Assembly: GCA_951406725.2 (NCBI GenBank)
Contig: OX597834.1
Coordinates: 44,826,001-44,890,000 of the forward strand
Length of the DNA stretch: 64,000 nucleotides
DNA from: Octopus vulgaris
Lineage: Eukaryota
Reading direction: 5' to 3'
This document shows positions 1 through 15,327 of this stretch, in pieces. The notes beneath the pieces are model-generated. The model worked only from the letters and a program-made list of their open reading frames with translations. It searched no databases and was not told the origin of the DNA. The first letter of the stretch is position 1. Each line of letters begins with the position of its first letter. A program made the position numbers and the translations under genes.

Positions 1-74
1 ACACAGACGACTCATTTTAACAGATATATTTACCAAAATTACATCAAAATAAATTGAAATACTAAAGAGTAAAT

Positions 75-810
75 TTATTCAATAAAATCGCCATTGGCTT
101 CAACCACGGCCTCCAGGCGACTCCGGAATCTTCTGCAACTCTTCTGGACGGTCTCCCTGTTTCAGTTGGTGAATGCTGCTATAATCCTTGTTAGTTAATT
201 TGGTGCTACAAAGTGTTTTGTTGGTCTCTCGTTCAAATGCGCACCACACATAACAACCAAGGGGTTTGAAGTCTGGGGAGTCAGGTGGTCAGATGTTAGT
301 GGTGATGTGGTCGCAGAAATTGTCTGACAGTTACGACTGAGTTCTCTTGCTTTTGGTGGCATGGCGCAGAGTGCTGCCAGACATAGGATCTTCCAGCAGT
401 CACCGTTTTGACGAACGACTGCACTACCACTTCCAGGCTCCTGATGTAGGCCTCTGTTTTGAGTCTCAAGCCGTTTTGGAAGAAGAATGGAGGTATCACA
501 TTGTCTTCACTCAAACTTCAAAAACTTCATGATGTTGACTAGATGTTTGCATTTTAACACTCAGTACATGCATTGGGAGATCGGCAAGGCAACGGTTGTT
601 CTGAGTGTTTACCATCTGATACTGGTAGGAACGCTTCTTTGTTTGTGGCATGCTCGGTTGGAGAGGAGGCTTGAGTTTTTTCAAAACTTTGTAGCATGGT
701 CTTTCCTCTTGTCCTTGATGGCGTGGGATTAAAATTGGCCAATCCTCATCTTGTATGAGGAATACCGAATGTCTTCATGCATTACCTGCCCGATAAGTAA
801 CTCAGACACT
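75..810 (-). mobile_element. Decayed Tc1/mariner transposase, maT (DD37D)-like
   Basis: Minus-strand translation gives VIPPFFFQNGLRLKTEAYIRSLEVVV..AGRSYVWQHSAPCH, then PPDSPDFKPL.CYVW and C-terminal RRFRSRLEAVVEANGDFIE* (stop 75-77). It has frameshifts and stops, and its 5' part is cut off by a SINE at ~815. Confidence 0.85.
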
Positions 811-814
811 CCCG

Positions 815-1087
815 CTAAGTAATGGGGGTATAAACACACCAGCATCGGTTGTCAAGCGATGCTGGGGGGACAAACACAGACACACAAACACACACACGCA
901 TATATATATATATACACACATATATACGACAGGCTTCTTTCAGTTTCCGTCTACCAAATCCACTCACAAGGCATTGGTCGGCCCGGGGCTATAGCAGAAG
1001 ACACTTGCCCAAGGTGCCACTCAGTGGGACAGAACCCAGAACCATGTGGTTGGTTAGCAAGCTACTTACCACACAGCCACTCCTGTG

Positions 1088-1090
<3 letters not shown>
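815..1090 (-). mobile_element. tRNA-derived SINE, family A (CORE-like central motif)
   Basis: Reverse complement reads GGCACAGGAGTGGCTGTGTGGTAAGTAGCTTGC..GGCACCTTGGGCAAGTGTCTTCTGCTATAGCC..GACGGAAACTGAAAGAAGCC plus internal (TA/TG)n; many copies in the window. Confidence 0.85.
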
Positions 1091-1150
<60 letters not shown>

Positions 1151-1333
1151 GAAAATATACACACACTCACAGATACCTTATTTACCTCTATGTGATATAT
1201 ATGTCAGCAAACGCACATCGTCACACACACAACTCTTAAATCATATTCACAGATATTCGTCTATGTGCATGTATATTGGAATGTATATGTATACACGTAC
1301 ACACACAAACACACACATTTATATTTACACACA

Positions 1334-1368
<35 letters not shown>

Positions 1369-1839
1369 GTGCACCCATACATTCATATATGTGTATGTGT
1401 GAGTGTGAGCATTTGTGAGCATCTGTCTATGCGTTTGTGTGAGTGTGTGTGTGTACATTTGTGTGCGTGAGAGTGAGTGTGTGTGTGTGCATTCAAAAAT
1501 ACGCAGTGACATGCAATGGCGGTATAAGACAAAGGCTAGGAAATAATCGAAACCTGTACCGTCTGTCAAATCGATTGATATCTCTGAAACAGAAATATCC
1601 TAGACGAGACTCTAAAGCACAGCACGAGATAAAATCATGAAATAAAATATAGCAAATGATGAAGAGAACAAGAACAAAGAAAAAATATAAATAAAAATAT
1701 ACAAATAAGAATAGAATCATCTTCTGCTGAAGATTTGCCTCGTCTCTTGACCTTCTGTTAAAGAGGATATGAATTTAAGATGGTGAAATATTGAGGTAGA
1801 AAGAAGCACTGATCGATTTACTGCGAATATATAAATCCG

Positions 1840-2233
1840 TTCTACTCTAGGCACAAGGCCCGAAATTTTAGGGGTAGGGACCAGTCGGTTAGATCGGCCC
1901 CAGTACGCAATTGGTACTTAATTTATCTACCCCGAAAGGATGAAAGGCAAAGTCGACCTCGGCGGAATTTGAACTAAGAACATAGCGGCAGACGAAATAC
2001 CTATTTCTTTACTACCCACAATGGGTTACACACAGAGAGGACAAACAAGGACTGACAAACGGATTAAGTCCATTATATCGACTTTAGTGCGTAACTGGTA
2101 CTTATTTAATCGACCCCTAAAGGAGGAAAGGCAAAGTCGACCTCGGCGGAATTTGAACTCAGAACGTACCGGCAGACGAAATACGCTACGCATTTCGTCC
2201 GCTGCGCTAACGTTTCTGCCAGCTCGCCGCCTT
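1840..2233 (-). mobile_element. SINE family B, dimeric form
   Basis: Reverse complement: AAGGCGGCGAGCTGGCAGAAACGTTAG head, two copies of GTTC(T)GAGTTCAAATTCCGCCGAGGTCGACTTTGCCTTT module, tail GGGCCTTGTGCCTAGAGTAGAA. Confidence 0.85.
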
Positions 2234-2520
2234 AGTGCGAATATTTATTGTATGAATATGTGCAGATTTGTATGTTTTGTTATATATATATCTATTCACA
2301 TGCACATAGTTGCATATCTAGACATGCCCATACATATGTAAATGGTCCATGATGTATGTATGCATGTATGCATGTATGTATATATATATATATATATATA
2401 TTTATTTATATATATGTGTGTATGTATGTATATATATATGTGTTTGTATGTAAAAATATATATATGTATATATAAATATGTTTGTAAGTATATACGTATA
2501 TATGTATATAGGTATGCATT

Positions 2521-2552
<32 letters not shown>

Positions 2553-2638
2553 CATGTATATATATATACACACACACACACATATATATATATAGATTTA
2601 TCTATCTATTTGTCTCTCTATCCTTCTCTCTCTCCCCT

Positions 2639-2681
<43 letters not shown>

Positions 2682-2702
2682 GTATAAATTTATATAAGTA
2701 AG

Positions 2703-3027
2703 GATAAGATCGATATTTAAATATCGATCTTATCAAGTGGCCAGCATGGGAATAAAAAGCTTTCAAAGATAATAATTATTTAAAATTATTATTTAGGCTA
2801 TCTGAGAGATCCCGCTACGCTGAAAATAGCAGTCAAAACCTGACCCTAAAGCCACATTAAATGTTCATATAGCACTAGAAGAGGACAGAGACAAAATAAA
2901 CTAGCAAAAAATTACTGGATAATTCCAGATCCTGGATTTCTGGCTTAGCTATATGAACATTTAATGTGGCTTTAAAGTCAGGTTTTGACTGCTATTTTCA
3001 GCGTGGTGGTATCTCTCAGATACCCTG

Positions 3028-3030
<3 letters not shown>
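2703..3030. repeat. Hairpin/fold-back interspersed element
   Basis: Perfect 32-bp palindrome at 2703-2734 and ~83-bp inverted arms at 2791-2873 and 2948-3030; related copy at 42332-42553. Confidence 0.8.
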
Positions 3031-3077
<47 letters not shown>

Positions 3078-3574
3078 GATAGATAGGAAGATTAATTGAT
3101 AGATGGATACATATAGCTGTATAGATTATAGACAGATACACACACACACACATACACACATAAATATATGTTTGTACTGGTTCGTTTCAAAGCAAGGACA
3201 AGTGAAACACAGAAATATTGAAGTAAATTAAGAGAAAATGAGAGAGAAAGAACAGAAGGGAGGAAGAAAGAAAGGAGATGCTGGGTGAGACGTGAGGGGG
3301 GAAAATATACAGGCAGTAATTTGTTTTAGCGTTTCTTCGCTAATGAAGTAATTAGCGAAGCCGTCCAAAATTCCTTGATTACCTTCTGTAAAATACTTTC
3401 TTTTGCCCAACTTAGAGTCACCATTTTGCTGCCAGCCTTCTTTGCTGCCTAATCAAGCAGATGCAGGAACAGCGTTTGTCAAGACCAATCAATTGTTGCT
3501 TTTTGCTTTTGGGAACGAACACGCGTTAAGCGCATTTAATGAGCAGCATGTGTCGCAAGAGGAATAATCATAAC

Positions 3575-3608
3575 AATAATGATGATGATTATAATAATAA
3601 TAATAATG

Positions 3609-3664
<56 letters not shown>

Positions 3665-3758
3665 CATGATCATTCCTAGATAATAATAATAATAATAACG
3701 ATGACGACGATGATGAAGATGATGATGATGATGATCGTGTTGGTGATGATGATGACGA

Positions 3759-3808
<50 letters not shown>

Positions 3809-3839
3809 TTCTAACAACAACAACAACAATAACAATAGC

Positions 3840-3923
<84 letters not shown>

Positions 3924-3925
3924 GA
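3575..3925. repeat. Compound trinucleotide microsatellite (TAA/GAT/TAT/CAA)
   Basis: Direct reading. Confidence 0.95.
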
Positions 3926-4173
3926 TAACCATAGCGATAATCATCTTGTCTTTTTATTTGCTTTCTGATACGGGAGTCTCGCACACATTTGCATATATCT
4001 ACATATACATATAAATACACAAATGCCTCCACACACATGCGCAAAACACGCATACATACATACATATATATACAGGTGTGTATGTGTGTTTCCATGTGCG
4101 CGCATGTTTGTATATCTCGATTAAATGCTAACACTTGTACAAAAATAGAAATGCACACACACATACATACATA

Positions 4174-4229
<56 letters not shown>

Positions 4230-4377
4230 TATATACATATATATATATACATATGCATACATACATATGCATACATACATATATATATATTTATATATAT
4301 ATATATATATGCATATGTGTATGTATGTGTGTGCAACTACGTAGATGCATGTGCGTATGTGTATGTGTACATGTATT

Positions 4378-4436
<59 letters not shown>

Positions 4437-5647
4437 GCGTGCACATACACACATATAAACACTATGAATAGCAACTATGAATAGCAAACACATGAAAAGT
4501 AGCGCATAACATACACATTCAAGCGCACATACACACAAAATTACGATGGAAAGATTACGCAAGCTCCTTTCCACCAACAGCACTGCTAGTTAGCTTCAAA
4601 GCTTTTGGTCGTTGTGTTAAATGGTGTCGCTTATATAATGGAAATGCGAAATAACCGTCAAATCCGTTAAGATAAAATGCGTCTTATTTCCTTTTGTTTT
4701 GTTTGTTTTTTGTTTACACACATATCCGCCATTTTCCCCAGCCACTTGTTGTTTCACTATTGCTTACGATATGGTAAATGTCAAGGCAACCCATGTACGC
4801 TTATAATAGTACAAGACTGGATTCAGCTTACGTGATTATCCTTATACATGTCCGTTAATCTTTGGTGATGACCAAAGGACTATGATCACGAATTCATGCA
4901 GCATTACTGGCGTTCTTCCTAACGATTTTTAGCGTAAAGCTCCTCGACAGGGTGCAGACTCAGGGGCCAGGGAATCTCTTTATGTTGAGTCACCACTTCT
5001 ACGCATTAAGTCCCTACTTCTAGGCTTTAGTATTTCGGACTGTTGCAGGAAAGAAAGCAAGACATTCTTTAAGGCGAACCAAATGCTAGGAGACCTAGCG
5101 GTAGGCCAGGGCTGGGGTAGTAAAATAATACCCCCAGTCTTAGTCGGTCACGCTTGTACTTCTCGCTGATGTGTTTCTGTGTGCGCACCTTTCGTTGTGA
5201 CTGCGATCTCCACATCGACAGCTCCCGTTTCGAGGGCCTACAGTTTTTCAATGCCCTTCCAAAATAACTGAGATATCTGCAATGTGTAGATGTAAGTGTC
5301 TTCAAAGCAGAACCAGATATCCTCCGGCTGAGCTTAGCTCAGGTAGGAAACACAGATGAGGGCAGCATCATCAGACACCCTCATCCACAAATCTGAGCAG
5401 GTTTCAAATACTGAAGGTTAGGAAACACTAACGTTGGTGCCTAAGCATGTCCGCGGCTTTTAAGATGGAACTAGTTAAAGAGTTACACACACTTACACAC
5501 TCACACACACATACACACACTTACGCACAAAATTCTTTAATGAGTTTCAGCTTTAAAGCTGCGGTCATGCTGGGGAACCACCCGAGTATATATGTATATT
5601 TCAAGATATATATATACCAAGAAAAAAGCAACAAGAATGGATCAGTG

Positions 5648-5739
5648 GTTCAGTACAATTATTTCATACTAAGAACAATTTTATTTAAAGCTGCAAATAT
5701 TGCAGCAAATACAAATGTCCCGTATTCATCAGCTAAAAC
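5648..5739 (-). ncRNA. Type I hammerhead ribozyme-like motif with long stem II insert, in a Penelope-like short element
   Basis: Reverse complement: TTTAG-CTGATGA-ATAC[~52 nt]GTAT-GAAA-T-AATT-GTA-CTGAA. Confidence 0.55.
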
Positions 5740-6426
5740 ACATATGAGTTTTCCAGACATCCTAGAGAGTGAGGCTATCCTTATGAAGTATCGGAGTGAG
5801 TTCTATGAAATTCAAAGTTAGATTATAAGCAGATTTAAAATGTTTTCTAATGATGCACAGTTTTATAAAGAGTTTTTAAATGATTGTTAACTTCTCAGAG
5901 AAGGTGAATCCATCCATATATATATATATACATGTATATGTATATGAAAGTGTGTGTGCAAGGGTACTTTTACATAAGGGAGATAATTTTCGTTTACAGC
6001 AAATTTCCAAAAGTGGCCTAGTGTTGTAAACATTGTCAGTTTATTCAGCTAATGAAGTCTACATGAACCAAACAGCCCATCACCTTCTCAACCACAATGT
6101 GCAAACAAGCGAAAACACACAATTAACTCCTGGATATTAAAACCTGTAACGAAACCTTAGATTAATAGACGTCAGCCGACCGTGAGAGATTCCAGAAGGT
6201 ATCCATTGCACATAAACGTGCATACATATATTCAAGCATACATATAGATAAATATATACATGTATATGTGTATGTATATGCATACGCCAATTTATCTCTA
6301 TGTTTAATTATGTACAGATGCGCACACACCTACGCATACATATCCTTATATATATATACATGTATGTATATATATACATATATACATGTACACAGGTGTG
6401 TATATATATATATAAATAAATATATT

Positions 6427-6478
<52 letters not shown>

Positions 6479-6677
6479 CGCATTACCCCCATACGGACAC
6501 ACATAGGTAGTTTTTCATTTTATAATCTGTCTGCCTACTTACATATCTATCGATCTACATATCTATCTCTTTCTTTCTCTCTGTCCTTATATATATATGT
6601 GTGTGTGAGTGTGTCGGAGTATGTGTGTGTGTACGTACGTGCATATACATACATACATATGTTTACATATATATTTA

Positions 6678-6721
<44 letters not shown>

Positions 6722-6822
6722 TGTATATATACATAGGACTTTGTGATAATTTAACTAGAATTAATATATATATATATATATGTATATATGAGTATATATA
6801 TATATATATATATATATGTGTA

Positions 6823-6883
<61 letters not shown>

Positions 6884-7028
6884 ATATATAAATACATACA
6901 ACTTCCTGGTAGTTAAATTACCACAAATTCCTTGATCAGTGAAAATGCACAAATAGGCTGATTGTCCGTTTGAACACATGAAAGAAGTTTGGCGTCTTTA
7001 GACAAAATACGGCATCTGTGGTTAATAA

Positions 7029-7074
7029 AGTATGGCTGAAGAAGGTTGCAGCATGGAAACCTTGGTCAACTGCT
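7029..7074 (+). ncRNA. Degenerate hammerhead-like motif
   Basis: CTGAAGA (7036-7042), GAAA (7056-7059), C-CTTG-GTC (GTC 7065-7067); stems I and II are poorly paired. Confidence 0.4.
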
Positions 7075-7186
7075 TGTGGCCTTTTAGTTTGACAATTGTT
7101 GGACATATGTACACCCGTGTGAATATATATGTCCAAGTATATATATGTGTGTAGTTTGACTTATACTATATCTCGGCATACATACG

Positions 7187-7252
<66 letters not shown>

Positions 7253-7302
7253 GTATGTATGCCGAGATATATATATCAAACTACACACACACACACACAC
7301 AC

Positions 7303-7351
<49 letters not shown>

Positions 7352-7535
7352 GTATATATATATGTATATTTATATACATATGTATTATATATATATATAC
7401 ATATATATATACATATATATATATGTATATATATATGTATATATATATATAATACATATGTATATAAATATACATATATATATACATATATATATATGTA
7501 TATATATATGTATATTTATATACATATGTATTATA

Positions 7536-7576
<41 letters not shown>

Positions 7577-8479
7577 GTATATTTATATACATATGTATAT
7601 ATATATACATATATATACATATATATTAATACGTCTATTATATATATATATATATATATACGCATGTGCATATACATATACATATGTGCGTGTATGATTT
7701 ATATATTATATTTGTGTGTTTATATATGTGTGTGTGTGTGTGTGTGTGTGCGTGTGTATATGTGTACAAGCTTGTGTGTTTGTGTGTGCTTGTGTATGCG
7801 TGTGCGAGTGCATGTGCTGCTATTTCTCATACATAATACATACACGGAAGGAAATGCAGCGAGAGAGGGACTCGCAGAGAAGGTTGAGACTTCGATGGAG
7901 GATATGGTGAATATACTGACCGGAGAAAAGAAAAAAAAATAAAGCAAAGGATAGACATTCGTTTAGAAAGTGAGGGAAACCAGAATAGAGATTCATAGAT
8001 ACAGAGAAGAAGAGAGAAAGGGATGGAACAGAGTGGTTGCGACGGGGAGGGAAAAGCCTAATGATGCGAATAAAAAGAAGCGAAACGGAATTAATCCAAG
8101 CTGAATACGATTAGAGGATAAGAGGCTGGGTGATTAAAGGTTTGAAGATAAAATTTTATCAGTAGGATTCTGGAAGACGTGGACACATATAAGGAATATG
8201 AACGCATACAGACTCTTACACACGCACACACATACACACACGTACAAATACATACGCATATACAGTCAAGACCAGCAAAACGGGATGTACGTGAGCAAGT
8301 TTTCATGTATGTACATATGGTAAATTAATTCTGGTGGAAGAAAAGAGATGTGTAGTTAAGAAAAGAGATGTGTATTGAGCATAGAATACCGACATTATAT
8401 ATACACACACACGCACACACACACATATATATATATATATCTATATATTTATATGTATATATATATATATATATGTATT

Positions 8480-8532
<53 letters not shown>

Positions 8533-8579
8533 ATATATTTATATGTATATATATATATATTTAGGTATGTATAGGAAGA

Positions 8580-8762
8580 GTTCACAAAAAAGCAAAAGAC
8601 GAAGAGAGGTGGTGTAGACAACAAACAGATGTATTAGTTTATTGCTCGGGAACAGAAAAAAGTCTTTAACGTTTCGAGCCTACGCTCTTCCAGAGAAAGG
8701 AACACCGAAAGAAATATGGAGAGAAAATAAAGAATGTGTAGTGGCTAGAGATCTATCGTGAC
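8580..8762. mobile_element. Short interspersed element, probably a Penelope-like terminus
   Basis: AAAAGACGAAGA..GTATTAGTTT..GCTCG..CGTTTCGAGCCTACGCTCTTC; homologous to 52503-52690, 52910-53000 (inverted) and ~53150-53200. Confidence 0.55.
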
Positions 8763-9737
8763 TCTCCTGTTGTTAGACGACATTTGAGGGTTCGACAATT
8801 TCCTACCGAACAACAACACAGACATCTTGTTTATAGTGATCAAAGGTTTGCGTAGGCATAAGCTCATTTCATCTATCAGATCGGCATAACCTGTACAGAT
8901 GCAATGGGTGTCACATGTCAGATGTCGAAATGGTCGCAGAGCAACGCGAAATGAAGTGCTTTGCTCAAGAACACAGAGCAACATGTGTGTGGGAGGTGTC
9001 CCCGGGACGGTACACCGCAGTAATCTTGCGAACAAGCAAAACACATACAGTATGTATTTGCGACCGATAACGTTTACATTAGCAGTAGAAAGCTATGGTG
9101 TTGAGAGTTGGGGTGATGCTTACTTTTATGTAGGTGATCGATTGAGTGCATATGCACAGGTGCGTACTGCGGTGTAAGTCATTAGTTTTTGTATGTATTT
9201 GTGATTATATGAAACCTATGTCAGCAGTAGATATGCATGTTTTGTGTATGTGCGTAGGTGTTTGAAAGACATGTCGAGAGAGAATAGGAAGGGGGATTTG
9301 TTTGGTCGAGCAGTTAGTCGAGCAGGCGTGACGGGCAACAAATGTATGTTTCTGAAGGCTTATATCTGTATGTTTCTGAAGATATTTTGTCGGCTAGACG
9401 GCGGCCAGTCTGTCCAATTTATATAGACTCAGGAATTATACATTTAATGTAACAGACGATGCTTTAAATAAGAAGTATATATGTATATATTTGGAACGTA
9501 AAATTTATACACCTTGATTTATAGAAATGCGAAAAACCCCGAAAATTCTAAATGAATCACGGTATATATTCATATGTGTATGTGTGTGTGCGTGTGTGTG
9601 TGTATGTGTGTGTGAGACCATTACATGCTAATAAAGTGAAATATCATTTTAACGTATAAATTGACAAGTGTCGCTGCAAAATTTGCCGGTGCTGTTAATG
9701 AGAATGATTTGAATGTGAACGATCGTAGTGAAAGTGT

Positions 9738-9825
<88 letters not shown>

Positions 9826-10319
9826 GCCGCCGCTGCTGCTGCTGCTGATGATGATGATAATGAGGTGGTTGCGAAATGAATTTGAAAAAATACGATCTAT
9901 TCACATATACCGCCATTTTAATTATACGCTTCTCTCAACCAGAACGATTGTTGGCTATATAAATACAGCAATTGTTCTATGTTCCTATGTATGTATGTAT
10001 GTATGTATGTATGTATGTGTGTATGTATGTAGAGATGGATGAATATTATATAGATGCATGTCTATGCAGGTCTATGTTTCTCAGTGTCTATCACTAAATA
10101 TGCATATAAGTATGCTTCTATGCATTTATATAGGTAAATATATTTGTGTGTATATATATGTACGTCAGTGTGAGCGTGTGTGGTTGTGTGTGCATGCGTG
10201 TATTTGTGTGTTTCCATACATCTATACAATAATGTACATGCATATATATGCACGAGTACGTCTATATATCTATGCGGATGCATATGCGTGTGCATATGTA
10301 TATGTGTACCTATACACAT

Positions 10320-10369
<50 letters not shown>

Positions 10370-10620
10370 TTGTGTGTGTATATGTAAGAATGAATATATA
10401 TATATATATATATTTAGGATTATGTACGTAAAGTGAGTGTATAAGTGTCTGTGTGTGTGGCTGCGTGCTTGTCTGTAAATAAGGTATGATTTATCAATCC
10501 ATTCAAACGCAAATAGTAAATATTTGCGTTTGAATACTCTCACACTACTATGACAAACTAACATATGCATATAGATATCGACGCATCTTCATACACATAT
10601 TATATATATATATATATATC

Positions 10621-10665
<45 letters not shown>

Positions 10666-10677
10666 GTATGTATATGT

Positions 10678-10945
10678 TCCTGGGTTGATTCGGGGTTAAT
10701 ATCTATACACAAGCACACACACATATATATAAATGCATATTTATATGCATATATATGTATATGTCATATGTGTTAAGGTACTCAATACATAGCAGAGTAA
10801 AATTAATTTATTATATAGAAGGAGCTTCTACAGGACTAGTACTGTTTCATTCAAGAGAAATCTTTCAGGAAGCTTCAGGAGCTTCCTGAAGATTTCTCTT
10901 GAATGAAACAGTACTAGTCCTGTAGAAGCTCCTTCTATATAATAA

Positions 10946-10946
<1 letters not shown>
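10678..10946. mobile_element. Palindromic hammerhead-bearing short element (Penelope-like pLTR/retrozyme-like)
   Basis: ~67-bp inverted arms at 10807-10874 and 10880-10946; second family member at 36450-36552; flanked by (TA)n. Confidence 0.75.
10877..10933 (+). ncRNA. Minimal type I hammerhead ribozyme, predicted cleavage 3' of GUA at 10924
   Basis: AGGAGCTTC-CTGAAGA-TTTCTCTTGAAT-GAAA-CAG-TACTAGTC-CTG-TA-GAAGCTCCT: 9-bp stem I, full core, 4-bp stem III with palindromic ACTAGT loop. Confidence 0.75.
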
Positions 10947-10988
<42 letters not shown>

Positions 10989-11389
10989 ATATCTATCTAT
11001 ATATATATATATATCTATATCTATCTATATATATATATATATATTTAGATATATGTATGTAGGAATGTATGTACATATGTGTATATGTTTATACGTATGT
11101 ATGTATATGCTTGCCTGTGCGTGTGTGCAAATACATATTTTAAAATAGAATATATATATATATATATATTATATATATTTGTACACATACGCACACACGT
11201 TATATATCTATACACAAGCACACACACATATATATAAATGCATATTTATATGCATATATATGTATATGTGCATATGTGTATAATATACTATATATATAAA
11301 TATATAAATATATATATATAGGTATTTATATATATTTATATGCATATATATATGCACATATATATGTGTACATATGTCTCTATATAATA

Positions 11390-11447
<58 letters not shown>

Positions 11448-11714
11448 AAATACATACAAACATACTCGTAACTATTTTACTGGTTGATATTTATGCATAA
11501 ATTCTATTTCCGAAAGTATAAAGAAAAAGGTTGGGGGAAATGAACAAAAACTGTTTCTTTACTTTTTACTCATGATAATTTCGAGGAAAAAAAGTTCCTT
11601 CTTGAATTTTATGTTAAAATGAAAAATAAAACGGGAAAAGAAGAATCTATACACTGAAAACTAAATTAATAATTGCAATAAAAATGATTGCAGCTCTACC
11701 ACCAATAATAATGG

Positions 11715-11778
<64 letters not shown>

Positions 11779-11808
11779 AATAATAATAATAATAATAAAT
11801 AATAAGAA

Positions 11809-11846
<38 letters not shown>

Positions 11847-12299
11847 TTTCACATCTAAGAATTAAATGCAATTTTTGGAGATGCTTCATTGTGCATCATG
11901 TTTACGTTTATATCTGTTTGATTGTTCATGCTTGTGCATGTATGCATATATATATATATATATATATATGCGTATCTATGTTCATATATATGTATATATG
12001 AATATATAAATTGATATATATATATATGATTTTATATATTTGCGTGTGTATATACATATATATATATATATACTCATATATATGTATATAGATATGCATA
12101 TGCATGTATGTGTATGTATATATATATACATGCATATACTTATATATATATATATATAATATATATATATATATATAATGTATATATATACATACATATA
12201 CATACATGTATATGCATACATACACACGCATATATGTTCCTTTCCTTATCAATTACAGGAGGTGATTGTATAATCACGATCTTTAATGTTTTGTTGTGA

Positions 12300-14220
<1,921 letters not shown>

Positions 14221-15327
14221 CTTTTATATAGTCAGTTACCTTGCTAGAAATAGCAATCGTGTCGTCCCCAAATTCTCACCCCAGTGTCTTCAAAATAGAA
14301 CGAACGTGCGTTGATTAGCATTCCTTTTCTAGAAAGAAAAGTGGCGATGCTCACGGTTGTAACGTCTTTCACAATAGGTCTACCCAACTATATCTTACCT
14401 GATGTTAATGAAATAGCCATCGAGATCACCTCTCGCCCGCGTCCTGCTTTCTTGTCGCTCACTCATAAGAGTAGCTATATCATTCTCAATTACACCTCAG
14501 CCTCTTAAAATAGAGGTTACATTAAATAATAGAACCTTAGGTAAACAATGTTTAAAATAATGAGGTGAAGTTGATCCTGGGACAGAGCTGATAATACATT
14601 TTTGCTGAATTAAGTGTGAAGAAGAGCAGAGCCTAAGAACTGTAGCGGCTGCCGCAAAATGCCATGTTTCATCACAATCTTCGACAACATTATCTATACA
14701 GTACAGCAAAAACATAACCGCAATGCGGTTGCATAGCAACAACAACAATGCCACTCCCAATGCGTATGTCCAACAGTATGTAACGTAAATAGTAAGAGGA
14801 ATAATATGAAATGATTATTCATTGATGGATAGTCTTCGATTCAAGGGCTGGCAGTACCGCACTTTAATTAAATCGTCTAGTTATATTCTGTCTGTATACC
14901 GCTTAATAAAGTAACACAATTATACAACGGATATAGAAGAAAGGAAGTCATGTCGCATTACCGACACGAGAATAAATTCATTTTAAAAATACGATCCAAA
15001 TTTCAAAGAAAATAAACAACTGGCGCAGCAACAGTAGTAACAGCAGTAAACTTACAGCAATGCCAATACCAATAGGGATACAAAGACAACAATTAATTAA
15101 CAGAAAAGAACGACAGTTATAAGACATCAGATGTACGGAACCGACCAATGAATAACTGATATCAGAACAAGGCACAGTTTAGCAAAATAAGATGTGTTTA
15201 CGTATAGGATATGAAGAGACAAACCGATTACTGTATTGGTTGGTAAAAAATCTTGAGAAAGGTGTATAACAAAAGGATAGATAAAAGAAGAGGACAAATA
15301 AAAGAAGAGAAAAGAAAAGTATAAAGA

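Noticed and set aside
4780-5400. GC-richer segment that looks coding
   Set aside because: Frames are interrupted and I recognise no motif; probably an unclassified TE relic.
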